NCBI GenBank assembly: GCA_904063045.1
Contig: CAJFCJ010000013.1
Span: forward strand, 788,156-852,155
Length of the DNA stretch: 64,000 bases
Reading direction: 5' to 3'
From: Dimorphilus gyrociliatus
Taxonomy: Eukaryota; Animalia; Annelida
How positions within the stretch are numbered: position 1 is the first letter of the stretch; each line of letters starts with the position of its first letter. Below the pieces are notes generated by a model. That model saw only the letters and a program-made list of their open reading frames with translations. It ran no database searches and was not told the DNA's origin. A program made the translations under genes and the position numbers. Shown piece after piece: positions 48,363-61,668 of this stretch.

Positions 48363-50726
48363 TTAAGCGAAGAACTTATAGTTTTTTTTCATTTCCTGGT
48401 AGATAATATTATTGATATCACTGTCCGAGAATCGATCCTGCACGCTTTTGATTACTCCTGCGTAATTTTTCTCGTATGACTTCAACTCTACATCTCCTTG
48501 TTTGTCAATACTAGTGTGACATTGAAGCATCAGGTGTCTGGGCTTCTTTTTGGCAAGTACGATTTCTCTCCATTTGAGAAAATCGTATTTCATGCCTTCG
48601 ACTCTTGACAATCCTTCGTATAGCTTCCTTCCTTCTTCAACGTCACCAGTTGATCTATGAATTTGCAATTGAAGTAACAATTGTCCGATCGCCTCTTTGC
48701 CAATTTGCATCATAAGATCACGATTTAATGATAAATGGAGATCAAAAACCCCTTCATTTTCGCACATTTCAACTTTAACCAAATCTTCGCAATAATCCAT
48801 AAGATGCCTAAGAATGACGTATCTGGCTTGCATATGGGCTTGTCTCCACTTCCTGTTTGCTGGTGTATAGAATTCGAGTCCTCTAAGACCAGCATGTAAT
48901 TCGTTAAGCCAGTTAACATATATAATATTACCAGCTTCCTCTCCCTTAAATCCAAAAATTTCTAATATTTCAGGAATAAAGCACAAAAACATTCCAACAC
49001 ACTCAGCGCGGCACTCTTCGTACGAACTACTTATGTCTTGGAACTTTGAATCATATGATTCGTTTCCTTTATACCATTTATCAACCAATTTTCCTGTTAG
49101 AGGATTTATGGTCGAATCTCGATCGAAATTAAATTTTCCTACCGGATTCTAAAGGAAAGTAACAAGGTAAACATTTCAAATAGTTAAGTGCAAATAAATA
49201 TTTTATCGTTCTACCTCTTTAAACAGTAGACCGCTTCCATGACCCAACAATTCGTGCAGGCCAACTTGCAATTCGAATGCCGGAATTCGATACTTACAAA
49301 GGAGGGTGTTGTCTTCTGGCCCTAAGAAGGGAACGTTCGATTCAGAATATGCAGCGGTGAGAACATTTCCCAATGAAACATTTTTGAAGCCGTGCTCCTG
49401 TTTGACGTCTTCATAGTTTGGTATGTTGATGCCGGCGGGAATTCCACTTGAACCAAAAGCCAAAACGTCCAACGATGTAAAATCCGGAGTGACAAAATTT
49501 TCTCGTTCAAATGTGTTAGGCCAAGGTAGAAGTGGAACAAATTGCTTTTCAGCCGCCGCCACAAGGTTTTGAAATTTCTCAGATAGTGCTTTATTAACAA
49601 TAGCGGCAAAGCCTTCAAACTCTGCCCTCACGCCGAAAGGATCCCTATAAGATTCAATAAATCCAATATACGTTTCAATAATGGGACTTTTATTCAGTAC
49701 CCAAATTTTAGATCCTTCTTTATGCTCATCAATCGAACCAGTTTTAAAGGAATTAATATAATGACGAAGCATAACCTTTTCTCTTTCGTTTGCAAAATTC
49801 GTTTGTCGAGCTAATTCTAGAAAATTGCACGTTTTTTTAAGAATATCACAATAATCACCTTGGACAATTCGAATATTAATTTTCTGATTAGATTTTGTAG
49901 TAAATTCCATAAGTTCAGATTGACTTTCATTTACACTGGCAATGCGAATATCATAAGAGCCATCCTTATTTTTGACTACTCTTGTATTGTAAGGTGAAAT
50001 CTTTTTAGTTTCAAGAAATTCTTGTAAAATTTCTGCATCTTTCGCATCACAATTCTGCGAATAGTACGTCGTAATACCTTGATCGCCAAAACCAAGTTGT
50101 TGATTTTTATCTGTCAAACTACAAATATGATCTTTTACATTTGACCATATTTCATTGGTAATGGACGTTTCTTTTTCATATGCCTTCGATAGTTTAACAA
50201 TCTTCTCGAATTCAGAAAAGCCAATAGCCGGAATAATCTTTGTATCTCCAAATGACTTGTAATTTCCCATATTACAGAATATGCATGCTGTGTATGCCAA
50301 AAAATGCTCGTAGTCAATTTCTGACAAACCGCTATCAAGAACTTTTTGGGCCAGGCTGTTTACACTTTCAGTTTGAAATATTTTCAGCAGCAATAAAAAT
50401 ATACCTGGAGATTCTAATGACGTCTAAAAACAAAAAAGGAAGAAAAAAAAGAACAATTTTAGATGCCCTAATTTAAGGATGAGTAATCAAAATTTTTATC
50501 ATTTTTTTTTAGGAAGAATTAAATGATAAGGATTTATAGTTATATTTAAGTATTACATCAGTACCTGATAAAGACATACTAAACTACCATAATGGCCAGC
50601 TTGAGCCAAATAGTGGGCATACAATTTTTCCTCCTTCGTCAATTTTCCAAAGGCTTCAGAGCAGTCAAGAATAGCCACAGGGGTTTTCATGGTTGCAGTG
50701 AACAGATCTCTCTTTAATTCGGTCAT
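48363..50726 (-). CDS. DPP3: Dipeptidyl peptidase 3 (M49 zinc peptidase); exons 50726-50565, 50423-49215, 49148-48363
   Basis: Intact HELLGH and EECRAE motifs, plus GFIESYRDP, GIPAGINIPNY, GFKNVSLGN and QAHMQAR. Confidence 0.97.
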
Positions 50727-51436
50727 TTTCAGTACTTAACAACGTATAAGCAACCGCTTCACTTAAGGAGACCAATAATTTCTTTCAGCCTAACACCGGA
50801 TGTGAAACGAAGCCGGTTGTCAACTTTTATAGATGACACCACTGTTACAACATGACTAGCGACTTCTATATGATAGATTTAAAAACAGCTTCTTTCGCTC
50901 TTTAATGTCTCTTACTACTTTTTCTTTGATCGAATCTATTGTGTTTCGCTTCCTAATTTGCCTTTTAGTTCTTTGATTAAAACATAGCCCAAAGCCCTGT
51001 ATTGTTACTTCAATATTAGCTCCTACGCCACATTCTACCATCATCTCACCAATGTTAACGAGATTGAAACAACCAATTTGCTCCTCTAGCGAAATAATTA
51101 ACACCTATTGATACTCCATTTATATATATGATACAGCAAACTGTACACTATGTATTATATATTTATACGCTTTTACAATGCATGTAATTACACATGGGGT
51201 ATATACATACATATATATATATTTTATATACACATGAATATAAGCAGAATATATTTTACAGTATTATAGTGTATAAATAAACTAGACACGTACGTGTATA
51301 GTATATTTATTTATAACAAAAAATACATGGATATGAAACGAATAACTTTTTTTTCAATAGTTTGGCACGGAAGGCGAATAATCAACAAACAAAAGATTAT
51401 ATAATACTAGCAAACTTGAATGGCAACAACTAATAA

Positions 51437-52085
51437 TTATATTCCTTCAAATTCTGTGAATACTTTTGGATGTAGGTCTTTGAATCCTATGATTATTCTA
51501 CCGTCCTTGTCCAATTTAACTGGATATGTCTCGATGGATCTTCCCACGTGGTTAGGAGAAACAACTTTTCCATCAAGTAAATTAATTCTCCAGTTGTGCC
51601 AAGGGCATTTTACACAAGGCACTCTATTTCTCCCCACCATGAAATCCTCAATGTCACCTTGTTCTAAAGGTCCGCCTTTAAGTAGACATGGGGTCGTATT
51701 AGTTATTCAATGCTTTGTCATTACGTAAATAATTAACTTACTCTGATGAGGACACAGGCGGTCTATTGCGAAGATACGCATGCCATACCTGAATAGTGCA
51801 ATTTTTGAATAGTTACACACAACGGAGGCATTTCTTCCCAAGCAAAGGATATGATTTTCACTTCGGTTCCGTCGCCAGTCGCTCAATCTTGCTTCATAGT
51901 CATGTTTATGTGAACATGGCTTAGCCTTCCAGTCGTGCAACTCTGAAAAATAAAACTGCACAATTAAAAACAGGTATAATTACACGTTTTTATCTATAGT
52001 GGGTCAAAATTTAACCGTAAAAAAATTTTTCCGTGGGAAGATAGAAAGTATCCCCGTCAAACAGCATCTCAATGTATTTCTCCAT
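51437..52085 (-). CDS. RFESD: Rieske [2Fe-2S] domain-containing protein; 3 exons
   Basis: IFAIDRLCPHQ|SGPLEQGDIEDF...PCVKCPWHNWRINLLDGK supplies the CxH and CxxH Rieske ligands. The first exon (ATG 52085) is inferred from phase. Confidence 0.85.
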
Positions 52086-52769
52086 CGGTAAAAAATGAGT
52101 AGGAAAAAAATGTACAAAATCAAGTGTTAAATTGGCGGGAAAAGCGATTATAACTAGTTTTTACGTAATTTTAGAATTCGGAAATGGTGCGTAATAATGG
52201 ATAATAGCCGGACATATTTAATAACCTCGAAATTGATTCCCTTTTAATTTCTAAATCGAAAATAGTCCCAAAACGAAAAGTGGTTTAAAGGGGAAATTTC
52301 ATTAATAAATCAATTGTAGATATAATTTAAAGGACAAAATAGTTATATATAAAATTAAATTACTTATAATAGTAGATTAGAGGCAACGTCATTGTTTGTA
52401 TACATTATTATTTCAAAATATTTTGAGCGATAATATAGAGTTGGGTGGGACATAGTAGAATAGGATTCATTTTCGTAGTAATCATTTCCTATTCGATTAA
52501 GAATTTCGATAGAACTCCAGTTGTGTCTTGTAAAAGCTTTAACGATTTAAATTCATCAGATTATTATAGAATACCAAATTGAATAATATAAACTGTGTAT
52601 AAGGAAGACCGATTGGTGTTAAACGAAGTTGGATAATATAAAACGCTACACTCGGCCGAAAGAAGGCGTGGAAAGCGCGTCGTTCGTTTCTTTTCAGCAG
52701 TTTATTATGAGAGGACAGTTTGGCGCGAGAGCTGCTTTACAAACTCTGTGATATGTCGCTGTAGCAAGT

Positions 52770-55700
52770 ATGTCGGTAAGTGCTTTCTCTCTCTTGTACG
52801 CCATAGAAATAATAGCCCTTAATTGTAACGAAGCCAATTTTTTTACAATGAATTGTTTAAATGATTACATAATGTTGGTTAAAATAGGATAGAAAGGGAA
52901 TAGAGACAGTTATCTGGATAACAAGCGTAAAAATTTAATCACTAGATAGCTAAGAATAGCTAGTTATACTTTTTCAGGGTAAATAGATTTTTCTGTTAGT
53001 TGTCTTCAAGAATTTATTAACTCTCTAGCATTACTCTTTTTGGCAGCAATATCTGATGTTTATATATCTTCACCACTCTATTTTGCTCTTTTTTTTTTTT
53101 TTACTACCCTTCATTCTTTTTATCTATGCTTAAACAAACAAACCCATAGCGTCTTTTATCACTCAGTATTTACGCAATCTATACGCTTTTAAACGACAAA
53201 AAAGAGGAAAAGTAGCAATATAACGAGTGAGTGGCATGGAAAGAATGAAAAAATAAGACTAAAGCATTTATACGGCTTTACGTCAACGATTACAGTGAAC
53301 TTAGATTTGGATCGATATGACTAAAATTGCAATATTTAATAGAATAAAAAAATCTTTATTATAGATAAACACAGAGAAGAGATCGTCAAGATGGGTCTGT
53401 CCAAATGACAGGCAATTAGCTCTAAGGGCGCAGCTAGGCGCGGGTTGGTCAATGCATGCCGCTGATCAGAAGCAATCGTCTACCATTTCTGAAGACGAAC
53501 ACGCACAAATTATGCGAGTGATAGAGAAAGCGAACAATCTGGATAACTCTGAAGCCCTTCGGGTCGGAAAACTCGTAGATAGACTAGATAATATAAAGAG
53601 GAGTGCAATGGGTAACGGTTCGAACGAGTGCATCCTGTGTGCTCAGACCTTTGGTATACTATCTTCGGCGACTGCTATTGTCTGCATTGATTGTAAAAAG
53701 AACGTCTGCACAGAATGCTGTATAAATTTACAAAATGGTAATAAACAGTCGAAAAAGAATGTTAAAGTATATCTATGTAAAATTTGTGCTGAATCGAGGG
53801 AACTCTGGAAAAGATCTGGAGCGTGGTTCTTTAAAAGTATACCTAATTATGTTTTGCCACCACCCAAAAAAACGGAATCTCGGCGAGGAAGGTCGTGGCG
53901 CCCAATTACGTCTACAAATGAAGAAACATCAAACTCTGATAAAGGTAAATAAAAACCGTCTCGATTAATTAGTACAATCTATAGTTTGTCAACCAGAGGG
54001 TAGATTGTCTTTCGATATTTATCGACTCTCACTTAATAGCTAGGTTAAATCCAGCGTGAAAATTCAGTTGATATAATGCGTTAGTGACAAGAACGGTCCG
54101 AGCTGGGAACGTTTTATAGAACAAACTATACTCAGTGTTTGCATAGGGTAAATTCACCATATGAGATTTGTGTTCGTGCATTTCAGGAGCGATTCTACAG
54201 GGAAAGAAACGATCAAGATAATAATGTTCACCTCGTGCGTAAATTGTTGTATCGACATTTCAATATTTTTTCTTCGCAAATTTCTTCTTTTCTTTTTTCT
54301 TTAATTTCTTTTATTTTTAGCTTTTCCCTTTTTTTAATAGAAAAATTGAATTATAAATTTATATATCTTAATTATTAAGGAAAAGAAAAAACAAACGACT
54401 GACGGATTATAATAACTAGATTTCGTATTAGGAAAAGGGGAGGGTATATTACCAGAATATGAGGTTTGCCGATTAAGTCAGTCGGTTCGACTGCACTTCA
54501 CTCACCTTTTCACGTGTACTCAACAACGGATAAGTTGACTTTACACGCTCTATGTAATCTTTTCGCCTTTATCTTGAAAATAATTTTCCGATGGTCTATT
54601 TAAAAAAAATATATCATTCATAAAAATCAGTCATCGCACACTAGTTGAATCTTTTACAAAGCTTTTTTTTATGAATATGTCCCGAAATGGTCGTTTTTCT
54701 TCTTCATTAGACACAACATAGTTTCTGTACTTGATTTATTTTTATTCTTGTTATTTGTGTCTGCTGCTGCATTTTTTTTCTTAGGTATATATTGTCTGTT
54801 TATACTACTGGATAAGGAGAATTATATATGCTGTATATAGCACGGAGTGGAAAGATTTATTAAGCCTATAGAGTGCTAAAAAATTTTATGTGACTGTGAT
54901 ACAACATTATTTCCTTATATGTATATTATTCACGTACGGAAATATTTACAAACTATTTAGTCTTAATACAATGACTGTAAAGGGAGCAGTCTCCTTTTTT
55001 AAGGAAATCATTTACGATTATCGAATGAAGAGAACCCTTGTAGGGCGTCCATAAGCGTACACCATCGATTAATAATCCTCTAGCGTTTAGTTTTTGCAGT
55101 GTTTGTAAAAGTTCCCCCCTACCCTCACCCTGCCTCCCAACCTCTTAAACGTAATAAGTTTTTAAGAGTAAGCTGCATGAAGCCCCATACTTGTTTTACC
55201 TCTCCTCATTCCCTTCCCTGTCTTCTAGTCTAGCGTAGTGTTTTAGGAATTAATTTGATATATATCTTTAAGATTCAATTAATTCGTTCCAACATGTTGA
55301 CTTAAAAATAAAACGTGATAAAGAGGTAAGTTAAAACCTTGCGAATCTCTCTATTACAGAACGTGTAACGAATTAACGGATAAATATGACTTTTGACACG
55401 TTTATTTTTACACTTACTTTCTATGCAGTAGGTAAAGAAAAAAATGATTACGTCATAGTAAAACAAATAAGAAGAGAAAGATCCGAAGATAGCGACGATG
55501 GTAATAAAAAATAATAAAGCAACTATTCATCCAATAAATTTTTTTTTTATTTCTTTGTTTATTTTTGTTTGTTTACATTTGGGTTTATTTCGTTAATTAT
55601 AGATGACGATGACTTTGACGAAGTGGATAAAACGGAAAGCGCGAAGAGCTTCAAAGTTGATGCAGAATTTGAGACTAATGGTTCCACGACAACTGCTGTC

Positions 55701-56828
55701 TCTAATCAACAGCAAAGTCTTGCGTCGCTAACATCCGATTATGTTACGGAATCGAATCAATCGTCGCCGTCGGCTTCCAAAGGGAACGAATCTAGAAGAT
55801 CCGTAACATCTGTTTGCAGTAGTGAGTCACCTCCAAGCACTGAATCTGGAAAAACTGCTTCCGACTTGTCTTCGTTACATTCATTAAACGAGTCATCGGG
55901 ATCCTCGGGCACTATTGAACTATCATTGGGTTATAACCCTTCGAGAAAATGTTTTACTTGTCACGTGATAGCTGCATATAATTTAAGGGCGATTGCTGAT
56001 ATTTACGCGGTTCTGAAACTTGAGCCTAACTTTTCCAAAGTTGTCACGCATAGGAGTAGCGTACAAAAGAGAACACTTAATCCCAGATGGAACGAAATGT
56101 TTCAATTTCAAGAAATTGGTAGAAACGATCTGGATAAACGTTTTTTAGAGATACATCTCTTTGACCAGAATGCTGCAGCCTCTTCGAATTTTATCGGTCA
56201 AGCGTCTATTGCCCTCAAGGATATTCGTCACGAGAAGCAACAAGTTTACAAGCTCAAGTTATCTGATCGTAAATTTTCAGTGCCTAAATCAGAACGATTT
56301 CTGCCCCATAGAGGAGAGATTGAAATTGTTTTGACTTATAAAAAAGAGCCAAAAGCCCAATTAATCATAAGAATTATACAATGCCGACATTTAGTTGCTA
56401 TGGATAAAAATGGTCTTTCAGATCCATATGTTAAACTGTAAGTATTCTACTATATATCATTGTTTTTCCCTCTCCAAGTAATTTTCTTTTATCACAAAAT
56501 AACGATATAATATTTCACTTATAGCTACTTAAAGAAGAGAGGCGACCGGGATAAAAAAAGCAAGCATAAAACATCGATTAAGAAGAAAACATTGAATCCG
56601 GTTTATGATGAAGAGTTCCGATATTATGACTCTAAAGGGGAAGAACTCTTTAAAAAGTCTTTAGAGGTTACAGTATGGGATCACGACTTAGGATCCTATA
56701 ACGATTTCATAGGATGTATTAATTTTGGTCAGGATACTTGTAAAGATACACGTGACCACTGGATGATGGCTTTCGAAAATCCAAATATGGAGATAAAAAA
56801 ATGGCATATTCTGCAGCCAAAAAGTTAA
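52770..56828 (+). CDS. RPH3A: Rabphilin (Rab3/27 effector FYVE-type Zn domain with SGAWFF, C2A, C2B); inferred exons 52770-52775, 53365-53944, 55459-55500, 55603-56438 and about 56524-56828
   Basis: WVCPNDRQLALRAQLGAGWS lies upstream of the ORF-track ATG; RVGKLVDRL..GNG...CILC; LWKRSGAWFF; C2B AMDKNGLSDPYVKL...TLNP...WDHDLGSYNDFIG. Confidence 0.93.
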
Positions 56829-57469
56829 TATGATTTATTGTTGGTGCTTGTACAAGTTATTCAGGATAATTTGTCTTCTTTCTTCGTCCATCGTTCCCTT
56901 GGAAAAGGGAGGAAATACATTTTTCAAGTGTCTTCAGTCTCTCGATCAATTAATCTAACTATCATTCTTAAACGCTCGGGTAGATAGTTTAAAAATACAA
57001 TACACAATATAAAGTATATATTAATATATCTATATTGTATATACTGTATATATATATCTATATATATGTATATATACACTTGCAACGGCAGCTTATCGTG
57101 TGTAAAGTAATAAATTTATAGGGCCTGGTTACCACTGCTGCCAGCATACATAGTTAATGTCACGTGGTAACACTTATTTGTCTGTATAATTGTCGTCTAG
57201 CAAGGATATTTCAACAAGATGAGTGTTCCTAGCAGCAGATCATTAAGTTTTTCTTTAGAATTTCCTTTTTTGCCAACTATTAAATTTTCAGAATTTTTAT
57301 AGGCTAAACTCAAGGTTTTTCAGCACATTAGCATTTGTGTTTTTATAAGTGATATATGCATATACACAGGTAGGATAGATATATGTTTAACTATTAAGAG
57401 ATATTTTATATACTCTCAATTCTATTCTGTTCCAGCCTGAGGCTATATAAAAAATAATACTTAGAGAAC

Positions 57470-57485
57470 TACAGATGTCGCTGAA
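57470..57485 (+). promoter_or_regulatory. CTCF-like motif TACAGATGTCGCTGAA next to a TATA-like element (57445-57452)
   Basis: Shares an exact 14-mer with the 5954-5967 site. Confidence 0.3.
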
Positions 57486-59380
57486 GCTGAATATTAATAG
57501 GGAAACATTTTTATATTGTATGTTTTGTTTGCGAAAAGTATCTACAATTAGCTTTGATGGATTTAAAAACTTTTATCAATGGGAACCTCTAAGTGAACAA
57601 CGCACTTCCTCTTTCCCACTGTTTTTTCAATCAATGACCTAAGGAGCTAAGAGGGTATCATAAAAGAGGATTTCTTAAGAGATAACTTTAGGGATGGGAA
57701 TTTATACAGAGTATGGTGGTGATACGTTGTTGATTCACCACTTTTGTGGTTCTGAGTCTAATATACTAATGGTTACAGAATTCATTTTCACATTTAAAAC
57801 TGATTATCAAGAAATAAATGACCTTTACTTGCAAAAATAACCCAACTATGGCTAGAAAACGCTAATTAACCAGTATTACGTAAGCAGATCTCCTTAATAC
57901 GCTATCTTAATGGATTTTCTCTTTAAATGATTATTAATGAATTTACTATTATGATGAATTTTTCAGGTAAACACTGTGTATTGAAAAAGAGCAATAATTC
58001 GTTTACACTATACCTTAAACGATTCTTATCATTCACTTGTCATCTATCACATGGCCAAGTAGATGATTTGTCTTATTTCCTTCTCCTTTCTCTTATTCTC
58101 TCTTTCTCTCTGCCACGCACAAACACATACATACATACACGCACATTTTCATATCAACCTAAATTTCTTTATACATTTACACCCTAATTATTTTACTTTG
58201 AAACCAAAGGTTTTACCCACAACTAATATTAAAACCGCTTTTAAAGGTTCCTTCCTTAAAATACTATTCGCGGAAAGCATACAAGCCATTATGAATTGAA
58301 AGTAAAGAAACTACTTAACAATCTAATTATAATATCTAAGATTAGGGCCATTATCCACAGGTTTGAGCCTAGTTAACTCTTTCTTTCCCTTTTTTTATTT
58401 CTCTTCTATTCACAGACGAATTTTTTTTTTTGATAAAGCAACGAGAAAGAATCCATAGAGAGATATATATGTAAAACTATTACTAGCTTTCAGGATTGCT
58501 TTCAGCTACTTTAGTAGTATCATTCAACGATTAGCCAGAAAGAGTTTTACAGGTATAGGTCCTCTTGCATCAAATCTAATTGCAGAATTCTGTAATTCTC
58601 TTATTAATTTACTTTTATTGAGATGATTAGAACAATTTAAATATAAATTTTTTTCTTTGCTATAATAACTAAATAATCTGAGCAATATATCATTAAAGGC
58701 GTTATAATTGCTGATTATCGATAATAATGGTAGCGTTACAAAAGATAGGATATATCTCATAAAAAAAAGAAAAACAAGGCCACTCTTTTAGGAGGAAGGC
58801 CTGTTTAAGATGAAAAGCGTAGAGACAATTTGAAGACATAATCAAGTATTTTAAAAGGGTGGGAAGGGGTAGTTTCACCCAACCATCTTAAGGCTGCTCA
58901 ATTAGGTTATTACTCCGAAATTACTATCGTAACTAATTTCTTAAAAGGCCTATTAAAATCTCTTGCTCCCTCTCTATTTTTTTCAGAGATTTAAAGGATG
59001 CTAAAACATCTTCCTTTTCCTTATATTATTATTAGTTAGTTAGTTAGTTAGTTAGACAGTTAGTTAGTATTCCCATTATATTCATAGTATAGTAAGTCGT
59101 GAAAATGTCAAGGAAGTATTGATGGCTAGACTCTTAAGAAGTTCACTGGGTGTAATTTGGTTCCCTGACGAAGATGCTTTGGAGTTCATGCAACAAGTTT
59201 ATTTAGTTAACATCTGCGGGTAATAATAGAGCACTATTAATAGGGGTTACGGGGAAGGGGCGAGGGGGGAGAGTAAATGTTGTTTTGTGAAATACCTTTT
59301 ACGAATAAGGACGCTATTAAGCACATATTTCAACAAGTTTTTCAAACTATGACAGATTGGTGAGGACTATTGATCAAACT

Positions 59381-59680
59381 TTAGCTTTCCAAATAAGCTT
59401 GGAAAATATTATGAAGTGTCTCAGACCTTAAGTCGACGTATTTCGAGGACTTTAAAATAGTACCAAGCCTGTATTTAGTAGGGTTGGTATATTGCATACA
59501 AACAGGAAAATCTATAGAGAATATAATGAAAGCAATTAGGGAAAAGCTTGCCCAAATCCATGAATTAAGATTAACAAACAGCATCAAAGAGCCATTTGGT
59601 TTATTAACGTGTTTCTCTTCTCTTTCTTCGCCGTCTCTCTTTCCATATTCAATATAAAATTGCCTATCGCTCCAATACAT
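59381..59680 (-). CDS. Candidate 99-aa small protein with one hydrophobic segment
   Basis: ATG-initiated ORF preceded by a strong acceptor (CTCTCTTTACAG at about 59698). Hydrophobic stretch LMLFVNLNSWIWASFSLIAFIIFSI. No recognisable homology. Confidence 0.3.
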   Translation of the reverse strand: MYWSDRQFYIEYGKRDGEEREEKHVNKPNGSLMLFVNLNSWIWASFSLIAFIIFSIDFPVCMQYTNPTKYRLGTILKSSKYVDLRSETLHNIFQAYLES

Positions 59681-61636
59681 CTACTGGATGAAAATATCTG
59701 TAAAGAGAGTGAGAGAGATTTGAGCTTAGAGGAAAATGGTGCTTGACAATAAATATTCCCCAAAGAGATAGCTAATGATATTTAAAGTTCTGTAAACATT
59801 TCCAATTAGACACGGTCTAACAAATTAGCGGAAATTATATTAAATATGGAAAAACACTATTTATTATGTTAAGGAATTCAGTGGCTAGATTTTTAGAAAA
59901 TATAGAAGTAGCTGTCTCCGAGAACAGTATAGAAACAACAATTTTCATTTTGCAGTCTCATTTTTCGCTGATATATCATTCACACTGTCGAGTTTGTTTT
60001 TTTCCTCTCATTTTTTTCCTGTTTTGTCAATGAATATAAATAATATTCCGTTTCTTTTATAGTTATAATTATATCCTTATAGTTATTTATTGCTCCATTA
60101 CTTATTTATCGTTTGATAAAGATTCTGTTGAAGAATTTTTCCTCGCGCGCGACAATAGATTGATGCATCAAGATATATCCTTGAAGGTAGTCTTTAAAGG
60201 TCGAATAAATTTAAGTAGGCTTTCTTGACAATCTTAAATACGAATCGGGTAACAAGAAAAACCAATAAACCACCATCAATAACGTATTCTCTTCTAATAG
60301 ATATTTAATGTCAATAGCCATTCTCTATCCAACGTCCTTTTATTATTCTCAAATTCTTCAGTTGATGAATTTGAAACAAACGATTCCTTCTAAATGAGTT
60401 CATCAATCAAACTAAGTACGAAAAATCATTAATCTGTATTAAATCTTCACACGTGTTTTTCAATTTGAAATCAATATTTTAATTTAAATAAACAATACCT
60501 TACTCTACCATTTTTTTCCCATACGTTCTTCCTTCCCATCTTCCCTCAACTCTTGTCAACGCTTTTCAGTTCTTACCAATAAAGTAAGAAGATCAACAGT
60601 CTTCAAGTCATCTTATTGATCAAGTTAATACTATTTATAGGGAAATTCTATAGTTATTTAGCATCTATTATAAGGACTTAAAAGTGTAATTTGACTTTCA
60701 AAGTATTCTCTTTTCTTCAAGAAACAAGAACGAAAAAGGATTATCGTATATCTTGTAAATCTATATCTCTCTATTTATAAACAACGGATAAAGAATTTAA
60801 AATAATATATATTTACGGCTGATTACATTCCACCAATGAGATTAACAATTCCTAATTTGGGCTAAGAAAAGTCAATGCAATTTATTTAGATGATTAATGT
60901 TTCTTTCTTTCTTCTTTTTGGATGTTCCACGTTCTATTTATTAAAAATAAGATATAGTTTTTATTTGATAAAGCCATTAAACATATTTAATATGAATAGT
61001 GAATGAATCCCTTTGATGTTGAAAGTTGTTTCGGTCCAGTACATCAGGAGAAATCGATCGTTAACACAATCATACAGAAAAAAAATTATGAGAATGACAC
61101 TATCTTTATTGAAATGTCATACTTGTTACTATTCAATGGATAAGTTAATTTAACGATTATTATCTATTATCATCATTTATCGTTAATTATTAAGGTTAGA
61201 TTTGACATTATTCTTCTGATCTTCAGGTAAAAGAAATTCATCTCTCTTCTACTATTATAGTCAGTTTTAGGAAGTCCAACGGAAAAAAATCATTGAGTAG
61301 TTATACAAAAAAGAATATACTCAAAGGGGATGGGAGGAAATATTCGTAGTTTTTTTCCCTCATAATTAACGACATGTATAGAAGTCGCCACCAGTCGTAC
61401 AAAAAAAAAACTCAAACTTGTGTAGCTAGCTACTAAATGGTTCCTCCATTGGCTTAGAATTAATTATTCAACTATCGATGTTGAGTTTATAATTCATAGA
61501 AATCATTCAGGAAATCAATTAACTTTGATGCAGATTTTCCTATAATCCTAAAGGAGTATAATGAAACATTCCTTAGAACCGTTCGTAAAAAGATTAAGAA
61601 CAAGACAAACTAACGCTTTCTTGTAAGTCAGAAAAA

Positions 61637-61668
<32 letters not shown>

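Noticed and set aside
54478-54500. GGTTCGACT resembling a tRNA T-loop
   Set aside because: The flanks do not pair into a T-stem and there is no cloverleaf. I found no tRNA or rRNA in the window.
57927-58760. Short ORFs (86, 78 and 78 aa)
   Set aside because: Low-complexity, AT-rich translations with no splice or motif support.
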